Source: a virus
Lineage: Duplodnaviria > Heunggongvirae > Uroviricota > Caudoviricetes
DNA: 64,000 nucleotides
Reading direction: 5' to 3' (one strand)
IMG/VR virus record: IMGVR_UViG_3300043467_001216
Each line of letters opens with the position of its first letter. The stretch's first letter is position 1. Position numbers and translations under genes: made by a program. Under the pieces are notes generated by a model that made no database searches, had not been told where the DNA came from, and was given only the letters and a program-made list of their open reading frames with translations. Shown in pieces: positions 56,728 through 64,000 of this stretch.

Positions 56728-56786
56728 CCACCTGTTGACTGTTCAAGATTAAATATTTAGATTTGTAGAGTAATTAAAATTTAAAT

Positions 56787-56954
56787 ATGGAAAACGAAAC
56801 AAACCCAATTGAATTAATCTATTCTTATAAGAATAACAAAGGTGGTGTATTATTCACACCTAACGCTAAATTAGCTGAGGCTAGAGCGTATTACTTCGGA
56901 ACTGACGATGTTTACGCACACAAAGTAGATACATTGTTATCTGAAAACAACTAA
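56787..56954 (+). CDS. Small hypothetical protein (55 aa)
   Basis: Translated manually; TAGATTTG promoter upstream. Confidence 0.6.
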   Translation: MENETNPIELIYSYKNNKGGVLFTPNAKLAEARAYYFGTDDVYAHKVDTLLSENN

Positions 56955-56995
56955 AAAAGTTTTAAAAAAGACTTGACAAATCAAAAAGAAAGTCT

Positions 56996-57040
56996 TAAAT
57001 TTGTAAAACAAAATCGGAAAAGTCCGAAAGAGTTCTTTGA
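56996..57040 (+). promoter_or_regulatory. Promoter + boxA-like element for the large ncRNA
   Basis: TAAATTTG 56996-57003; GTTCTTTGA 57032-57040. Confidence 0.65.
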
Positions 57041-57049
57041 AAAATTGAA

Positions 57050-57925
57050 TTATCCGTTCAGAATGTTTGATGATGAGACCCTTGTGGTTGATTTTGAGTA
57101 ACAAACTGATAAAGATATTTGGCCGTGTATGGTCATTAAATAAACTACGAAAGTAGGATAAAGTGGACCCCCAAGTGTAACGGGTCTGCGTCTTGGGAAA
57201 CTGAGGTCGAGTACACAAGCGGGATACCGTATAACCTTTAGTATCGAGGTCAACGATGTAGAGAAAGTGGTTATATGATTTGGTGATGTGGGTCATCAAA
57301 TTGAGGTGGGAACACCAATAGGAATAACTCGTAGGAATTATGTGAGAAATAGTGTTATCCGATATTATTATTACGAGTTCCAATATAAGAGGTGACTTAA
57401 AACCGAAAGGTATGAAAACAAACAGGTGGTGCTGACATTTTCCTTGATTATTCTTTACCAAAAGAATTTTCTCGAAGTAATCTTAAAATATTGAGGTAGG
57501 GATACTTCACAGAGTAGTTTGGTATTTCGTTGTTCAAAAGACGACGAATCTAAAAGACGGACCACTACTTTGATTCATCCACAACACAAAAACTTTAATT
57601 TACAAGGTTAATGTAAAAATTAAATTATAAATTTAAGCAAAAGTGTTCGTCAGGTAATAGTGAAAGGTGACTACATAGTAATGAGCAGTTCATTGCCTAG
57701 GAAGACCGCAAGTCGACCTAAATTCTTACCAAAAACCTCTAATCTCGCAAGGATTAATTGGGAAGGCATTCTCGAAGAGAGTTGAGTAATGAGAGAGTAA
57801 CTATTATCTCAAGGAGTGGTTCACCTAAAAAACCGTCACTGAGGAATACTTCTCAAAAGGAAGTGGATAAGAAGGGAAACAATAATCCTTCAAAAGGTTC
57901 TCAATAATACGTATAATCTCAGCGT
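57050..57925 (+). ncRNA. Large structured ncRNA, GOLLD-like
   Basis: ~0.9 kb with no credible ORF, raised GC, many GNRA hairpins, own promoter, tRNA immediately downstream; boundaries approximate. Confidence 0.7.
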
Positions 57926-57937
57926 TTTTTTATATAT

Positions 57938-58010
57938 AGCAGGGGGGAGGTAAGGTATCTCATCGGTCTCATAAGCCGACCCAAGCTGGTTCGATTCCGG
58001 TCCGTTGCTA
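57938..58010 (+). tRNA. tRNA-Met(CAU) (imperfect acceptor stem)
   Basis: TCGGT-CTCATAA-GCCGA, GCTGG-TTCGATT-CCGGT. Confidence 0.75.
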
Positions 58011-58073
58011 CGATACAATAAGGGAAAGTTATCTTTCCCTTTTTTTGTTTCATAAACTTTTAATCTTAAAAAT

Positions 58074-58334
58074 ATGGAAACAGTTTATTTTGGTTTAGGG
58101 GCTCTAACGGTGATGGTTGTAATATTAATTACAGTTGTTGTTATAGGTGCAATTAGGTTAAAGAATGTTCTACAAGATTTACGTGAAGAACGTGAAGTTA
58201 GGAGACATGTTAATGATGATTTTAGACGTGATATTGAGAATATCTATAGAAACATCCAAGATGAGGTCTCAGGGTTAAATCGACAAATAGATAGTCGATA
58301 CGACCAATTAAGAAATTACGTTGATAAGAAGTAA
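58074..58334 (+). CDS. Membrane-anchored coiled-coil protein
   Basis: N-terminal TM helix. Confidence 0.75.
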   Translation: METVYFGLGALTVMVVILITVVVIGAIRLKNVLQDLREEREVRRHVNDDFRRDIENIYRNIQDEVSGLNRQIDSRYDQLRNYVDKK

Positions 58335-58398
58335 TTAAAACCACCATAATTGGTGGTTTTTTTTTTTCTATAACATATTTATTAATAAAATTAAATTT

Positions 58399-59085
58399 AT
58401 GAAAAAAGTAATAAGATTAACAGAATCGGATTTGGTTCGTATAGTTAAAAGAGTTATTAGAGAACAAGAAGGTGGACTTGACCCTCAAGACCCATCAACA
58501 CATTTTGATACAGTTATAAAGGCCTTAACACCTAAAGGTTTTAAAAAAGATACTAGTATGACAAAATCAATGGGTGTTATACAATTAACTAAAGGTGATG
58601 TTGATAGTCATAAAGGTATTCTTGTTCGTTATAATAGTCCTATGCACCAATTAAGTAATAAAAAAAATGTGGTGGAATTAATTGTTAACAACAAACTTGT
58701 TAAATCGTGGAGCCCATCTAACGCTAATATGTATGACGTTATTAAAAGTGTTGAGAAATATTTTAATAGGGTCGTGATGAATGAACAAGATAATACCAAA
58801 AACATACCCCAATTAAAAGTTGGTATGAGTATTGATGTTATTAATCAAGAACGTAGAACCGGATTTATGCCGGTAAATGACCCAAGTGAAGTTGTTACAT
58901 TTTATGGGACCGTTTGTAAAATAGGTAGATTCATCACAATTAAAAATTCTAAAAATGAATGCGTGGAAGTTCTTAATGACCCTAAAAAATTCTATAAAGC
59001 GGGTAGTAATACTTTAGGTGTTGTTTCTTTTTCATTAGATAAAAGTCAGATACAAAAATGTAGTTCTTTTTCTTGTCAAAAATAA
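58399..59085 (+). CDS. Late protein with IRLTESDL leader
   Basis: MKKVIRLTESDLVRIVKRVIREQ; TATTTAT upstream. Confidence 0.8.
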   Translation: MKKVIRLTESDLVRIVKRVIREQEGGLDPQDPSTHFDTVIKALTPKGFKKDTSMTKSMGVIQLTKGDVDSHKGILVRYNSPMHQLSNKKNVVELIVNNKLVKSWSPSNANMYDVIKSVEKYFNRVVMNEQDNTKNIPQLKVGMSIDVINQERRTGFMPVNDPSEVVTFYGTVCKIGRFITIKNSKNECVEVLNDPKKFYKAGSNTLGVVSFSLDKSQIQKCSSFSCQK

Positions 59086-59130
59086 TATAAATAAAAAAAC
59101 CCCATTCCTAAAAAGGTGGGGTTTTTTATT

Positions 59131-59519
59131 TGGTGGAGATAGAGGGACTCGAACCCTCGTGTCGTACATTTTAAGTATTAAGGACTACACGCTTAGGTCA
59201 ACATTTTCTAATGTTCCGAAAATAGTTATTTTTGTTCTTCACCATCGTAAAAATAACAACCAATGGACGATTCGATTTACGGACTCAATCGTTTTTCCGT
59301 CTTTTTAAAGACTTCTGTTCCTGGGTTATATGTCCATCGACCCGCGTCGTCGTAACTTCTTAAGCTACAACAACTTCTTCTTCACGGATTAATCCGATTT
59401 TAGAAAGAGTATTTAAAACGTTGCCGTTTGTACTTCGATACCATAGATTTAAGTGATAGATATCGTCTCACTGCGTGCCCCGAATAGTTAACCATGTCGG
59501 TCAATTCCAAGTTATCCCC
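59131..59519 (-). ncRNA. ssrA: tmRNA
   Basis: 5' GGGGAUA / UAUCUCC-ACCA 3' with G3:U70, T-arm GAGGG-UUCGAGU-CCCUC, internal tag ORF 59360-59425. Confidence 0.93.
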
Positions 59520-59616
59520 ATAAATCAAAGAACTTTGTTTGTTTCTCTATACAAATATAGAATAAATATTGATATATATCAAGAAGGTCTAATATTTATA
59601 ATAAAAGTTTTTAGAA

Positions 59617-60972
59617 ATGAGTGAAATCCTATATCAAGATGACCTATCAAAAGTTATATTAGTAGATAACGTAGAAGATATTAAACAATACACAGATGTT
59701 GAATTTGTTGATAATGTAGTTGAGTACTTTGAGGATTATAAAGATGATGGTGATTTGTATTTAATACATAAGAATCGACAACATCAATATTACATTTTCC
59801 AACAATCAATCTCTAATATGGATTACTTTGATGAAGAATTTAATAAGGTAAGTGTGGTTGATTTCAAGACAAATTTGAAAGATGCTGGATTTACAGGTGC
59901 TCTTAGATATATCAATGAGAATATAGGTAGTGATAATACTGATATTTATGATGCCGTTTTAAAACTATCTAAAAACATACCTATTAATAAAAGTTATCTG
60001 AGACTGTATAACGATAACATTAGTGATGTTAAAATATCTGAAAAAAATCCTAGTAGGTCTATTTTTGTGTTAAAATTTGACGATGACGAATACTTTCAGA
60101 TATTAAATTTAGATGAGGATGAAAGATATTTTTTAAATAGTGTTTATTCTTATTACGGGTATCAATGGTCCGAATCTGCGGATTTACAATCTGAATGGGA
60201 TGAGGGTTATATAATGGGAGGTTTAAATGTTGAAAATTTGAATAAGATTAAAACGGTATTAATAAATAATGGTGAAGAAGAATTATCACAATTAATTGAT
60301 GACGATGCGGTTCGTAAAGCTGTTAGAATGTTGGAGGATTTATATCCTGATGAGGTCGATAGGATTATTCGTGAATATGGTTATGCTATGGATGAGGAGT
60401 CCGATAAGGAGGCTAAAGCAGATATTAATAAGTATTATTGTAATCCATTATTTAGATACGGTATTATTATGTCTAGTTGTATGAGTAAATATCTTGTATC
60501 AGTAACTAAATTGAAACAAATATATGATGAGGTTGGTATCCCTGAATTATCACTTCCTGAAGTATTACAAAAATATTTTGAAGACCGTGGTGTTAGTTTT
60601 GACCAAAATCTTCAAGAATATAGATACGAATATCAACAGGTTGATACCGAACAATTTAACCGTAATGCTAGTTCGGAATTAGATAAAATGGTTTCGGATT
60701 CTGAATCTGAAATGGATGAAAATTCTGGAAAAATTAAAGAAATTATTAAAAAATACGGAGTAAGAAAGAATGTTAAAACACCAAAAGGTGCGTTCCGTAT
60801 TAATAGTTATGATTTAAATAATGGAACTATTGATTACACTTTTAGTAAAGGGGAAGACTATGTTGGGTATAGACCCGAAAGAAGACGAGCAACATTGGAT
60901 GATTTTAACACATTCTTAAATAACTACGAATTATTCGAAAATAAAATAATTCAATTATTGAAACGATTATAA
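59617..60972 (+). CDS. Acidic hypothetical protein
   Basis: 451 aa ORF; TATTTAT upstream. Confidence 0.8.
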   Translation: MSEILYQDDLSKVILVDNVEDIKQYTDVEFVDNVVEYFEDYKDDGDLYLIHKNRQHQYYIFQQSISNMDYFDEEFNKVSVVDFKTNLKDAGFTGALRYINENIGSDNTDIYDAVLKLSKNIPINKSYLRLYNDNISDVKISEKNPSRSIFVLKFDDDEYFQILNLDEDERYFLNSVYSYYGYQWSESADLQSEWDEGYIMGGLNVENLNKIKTVLINNGEEELSQLIDDDAVRKAVRMLEDLYPDEVDRIIREYGYAMDEESDKEAKADINKYYCNPLFRYGIIMSSCMSKYLVSVTKLKQIYDEVGIPELSLPEVLQKYFEDRGVSFDQNLQEYRYEYQQVDTEQFNRNASSELDKMVSDSESEMDENSGKIKEIIKKYGVRKNVKTPKGAFRINSYDLNNGTIDYTFSKGEDYVGYRPERRRATLDDFNTFLNNYELFENKIIQLLKRL

Positions 60973-60995
60973 AAAAGTTTTCATACATTTACAGT

Positions 60996-61781
60996 ATGGA
61001 AACAAATTTTTTAAAATCAGTATTGTCAGTTCCGACAAAAACATATCAGGAAAAACTTATGATTGAGTTTTTGGTTAATTATTTAACTGAAAAACAATAT
61101 GACTTTTATCTTGATGAACATCAAAATATCTACATCACAAAACAAACTGATGAAGTGAAATATTTCCCCTGTGTAGTCGCACATACTGATACTGTCCATA
61201 ATTTGGATATAATCAATATTCGTGAAGAAATGTTACCTAACGAACAAGATGAACTCAAACTATCATTAAAAGCCTACAATAACGATGGTAAACCAACAGG
61301 TATTGGTGGTGATGATAAATGTGGGGTATTCGCTTGTTTGACATTATTAGAGGAATTACCGAACTTAAAAGTTGCGTTCTTTGTGTCGGAAGAAACAGGT
61401 TGTCACGGTTCATTAAAAGCTGACCCTAAATTTTTTGAAAACGTCGGTTACGTAATTCAATTTGATGCACCTGGTAACTCAATGGTTACTGAATATTGTT
61501 GGGGAACTCAATTATTCAAAAAGAATAGTAAATTCTTTAAAACTTGTGATAAAGTATTAACTGAGAGTTTTAATGGTAGAAATCATTATGAATCACACCC
61601 TTATACTGACGTATACGCATTAAAGAAACAGTTTGATTTTTCTTGTATCAATTTCGCAATTGGTTATTATGATTATCACACTAAAAATGAGTATGTCGTG
61701 ATAGAAGATGTGTTTAACGGTATTAATGCGGGTAGAAGGATTATCGAATCATTAGGTTGTGATTTGTACAAAACAAAATAA
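60996..61781 (+). CDS. M28/M20-like Zn peptidase
   Basis: AHTDTVH, GGDDKCG, SEETG, QFD, GYYDYHT. Confidence 0.85.
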   Translation: METNFLKSVLSVPTKTYQEKLMIEFLVNYLTEKQYDFYLDEHQNIYITKQTDEVKYFPCVVAHTDTVHNLDIINIREEMLPNEQDELKLSLKAYNNDGKPTGIGGDDKCGVFACLTLLEELPNLKVAFFVSEETGCHGSLKADPKFFENVGYVIQFDAPGNSMVTEYCWGTQLFKKNSKFFKTCDKVLTESFNGRNHYESHPYTDVYALKKQFDFSCINFAIGYYDYHTKNEYVVIEDVFNGINAGRRIIESLGCDLYKTK

Positions 61782-61807
61782 TAATATATTTATTAAAAAA
61801 AAATATT

Positions 61808-62209
61808 ATGAATCCAAAGATTAATAAAATTAAACATATACAAGAATCTAATAAACTATTAGAAAAACGATTAATTAACGAAAAAGAAGAAGTTGATGAA
61901 GGGTTATTTAGCAGTGTTAGGGACGCATACAACGGATTAAAAGGTGTATGGAGAGGTTATGGTTATGATTTCTCAAAACATGCTAGTACATTACGTGGTT
62001 TAGTAAGAAGATTACGTAAATTAGATGAACCTAACGCTGGTATTATGACTGAATTATCCGTATTAAGAACTAAAGTTCAATCGTCTTCAATGCCACCTGA
62101 TAGAAAAAAAGAATTAATAGATAATATTGACGGAGCAATCTATAACTTCAATACCTATTCAAGTTATATAGTCAACATAGAAAATATCACTAACAATATT
62201 TTAAGTTAA
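61808..62209 (+). CDS. Late hypothetical protein
   Basis: IQESN..LE...INE; TATTTAT upstream. Confidence 0.75.
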   Translation: MNPKINKIKHIQESNKLLEKRLINEKEEVDEGLFSSVRDAYNGLKGVWRGYGYDFSKHASTLRGLVRRLRKLDEPNAGIMTELSVLRTKVQSSSMPPDRKKELIDNIDGAIYNFNTYSSYIVNIENITNNILS

Positions 62210-62221
62210 AAAAAAAAGGGG

Positions 62222-64000
62222 TTATTCAACCCCTTTTTTCTTTCTACCTCTTTTAGGTTTTTCTTCAATTACATCAATTGTTTCAATCTTCACCTCTTTA
62301 TCCACCGCAATTAATTTATATGGTGTATTCTCAGATAAAGAACCTTTAAGAACTTCTTCAGATATAAAATCTTCAATTTTATCTTGTATTGCTCTTTTTA
62401 ATGGTCTAGCACCATATAATTCATCATAACCCACTTCTGAAATTAATTCAATTACTGAATCATCAAATGTGAAATCATATTTAAGACCTGACAATCTTGT
62501 TTTTAATCTATCAATTTCAAGATTAACAATTTTCTTAACGTTTTCTCTACCTAATGTTTTGAAGACAATCACCTCATCAATACGGTTTAAGAACTCAGGT
62601 GCGAAAAACTTTTGAAGTTCTTTTTTCAACATATCTCGTTTTTGTTCTTCTTCAACATAGGATTTTGCCGTTGTTCCAAATCCAATACCAGTTCCAAAGT
62701 CTTGTAGTTTTCTAACCCCAATATTAGATGTCATAATAATGATACAGTTTTTGAAGTTAATTTTTCTACCTAAACTATCTGTAAGATGTCCGTCATCCAA
62801 CACTTGAAGTAATGTTGAGAAAATGTCTTTATTCGCTTTTTCAACCTCATCAAATAATATAACAGAATATGGTTTGTTTTTAACTTGTTCAGTTAATTGA
62901 CCACCTTCTTCGTGACCAACATACCCCGGAGGTGAACCGATTAATCTTGAGATATTATGTTTCTCTTGATATTCAGACATATCAATTCTAATTAACGCAT
63001 CTTCAGTACCAAATATTTGTTTAGCCAATTGTTTTGCCAAGTGTGTTTTACCAATACCTGTAGAACCTAAGAATATAAACGAACCAATTGGTTTGTTAGG
63101 GTCTTTAATACCTAAACGATTACGTCTAATTGATTTAGCAATTTTTGAAACAGCTTCTTCTTGACCAATAACTTTTTCATTTAAGTTCCCCTCCATTTCA
63201 CTCAATGATTTTGTTTCATCAGCGTTTAATTTGGAGATTGGAATTTTTGTCATATTTGACACTACATCGTAAACAAGTTCGATATTAATTTCTTTACGTT
63301 GAGAGTTTAATGATTCTTCAAATTTCTTTTTCTCTTGTTCAAGTTTATTAAGTACTCGTTTTTCTTTATCACGTAAATTAGCAGCCTCTTCATAATCTTG
63401 TTTTTTAACAACTTCAAGTTTATCTAATTTAATTTGTTGAGCCTCAGCTTTTAAAGTTTCTATTTCTTCGGGGATTTTAACATCCACTTGACTACGAGCA
63501 CCTACCTCATCAATAATGTCAAATGCTTTATCAGGAAATTCTCTATCTGTAATATATCGTTCCGCTAAATCAACACATAGATTTAGTACTTCTTCTGAGT
63601 ATATAACTTTATGGAAATTTTCGTATCTATCTTTTGCGTTTTTAAGGATTTGTAATGTTTCATCTTTAGTTGCAGAATCAACTATCACTTTTTGGAAACG
63701 TCTTTCTAACGCTCCATCTTTCTCAAAGTTTTTACGGTATTCATCTAATGTTGTTGCTCCGACACATTGAATCTCACCTCTTGCTAATGCGGGTTTAAAG
63801 ATGTTAGACGCATCCATAGAACCTGATGAGTTACCAGCACCAACAATTGTGTGGATTTCATCAATGAATACGATGATATTGGAGTTGTTTTGTAATTCTT
63901 CGATAATTACCTTCATTCTCTCCTCAAACTGTCCTCTATATTTAGTGCCGGCAACAATTGATGTCATATCTAATGATACTATTCTTTTATCCATTAAATT
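62222..64000 (-). CDS. clpC: ClpC/ClpA-type AAA+ ATPase, 5'-partial
   Basis: GTKYRGQFEER, FIDEIH, UVR motif, GSTGIGKT, GSPPGYVG, LQVLDDG, GARPL. Confidence 0.95.
   Translation of the reverse strand, partial: NLMDKRIVSLDMTSIVAGTKYRGQFEERMKVIIEELQNNSNIIVFIDEIHTIVGAGNSSGSMDASNIFKPALARGEIQCVGATTLDEYRKNFEKDGALERRFQKVIVDSATKDETLQILKNAKDRYENFHKVIYSEEVLNLCVDLAERYITDREFPDKAFDIIDEVGARSQVDVKIPEEIETLKAEAQQIKLDKLEVVKKQDYEEAANLRDKEKRVLNKLEQEKKKFEESLNSQRKEINIELVYDVVSNMTKIPISKLNADETKSLSEMEGNLNEKVIGQEEAVSKIAKSIRRNRLGIKDPNKPIGSFIFLGSTGIGKTHLAKQLAKQIFGTEDALIRIDMSEYQEKHNISRLIGSPPGYVGHEEGGQLTEQVKNKPYSVILFDEVEKANKDIFSTLLQVLDDGHLTDSLGRKINFKNCIIIMTSNIGVRKLQDFGTGIGFGTTAKSYVEEEQKRDMLKKELQKFFAPEFLNRIDEVIVFKTLGRENVKKIVNLEIDRLKTRLSGLKYDFTFDDSVIELISEVGYDELYGARPLKRAIQDKIEDFISEEVLKGSLSENTPYKLIAVDKEVKIETIDVIEEKPKRGRKKKGVE

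Noticed and set aside
56937-57461. Minus-strand ORFs of 174 aa and 67 aa
   Set aside because: Atypical composition, antisense to a promoter-led structured RNA
57050-57925. rRNA fragment or RNase P RNA
   Set aside because: I recognised no conserved 16S/23S segments and no RNase P GAGGAAAGUCC core

Overview
AT-rich, gene-dense 64 kb segment of what is most likely a large (jumbo/huge) phage infecting Bacteroidota. The host call rests on TAnnTTTG -7 promoters and a Bacteroidota-style secreted protein; the standard genetic code fits. It encodes DHFR, ThyA, a GH19 endolysin, SlyD, YceI, DnaK, ClpC, a histidine kinase/patatin/receiver operon, two RNA ligases with end-healing enzymes, and many proteins with an (I/L)xE N-terminal motif behind a TATTTAT late-type promoter. 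RNA genes include a 26-tRNA array covering all 20 amino acids, two further tRNA-like elements, a tmRNA with a non-canonical tag, a ~0.9 kb GOLLD-like ncRNA followed by a tRNA(CAU), and several small structured spacer RNAs. Main discovery: each of the two tRNA blocks is preceded by a short leader ORF with an antiterminator/terminator pair. The leader codons match, at isoacceptor level, the tRNAs encoded in the block immediately downstream, which suggests a ribosome-stalling attenuator that switches on phage tRNAs when those tRNAs run short. Second highlight: a 36-nt CRISPR-repeat-like unit, a spacer-sized insert and a partial repeat embedded in the C-termini of three tandem paralogous genes. 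All calls were made by eye; no database searches or folding programs were run.
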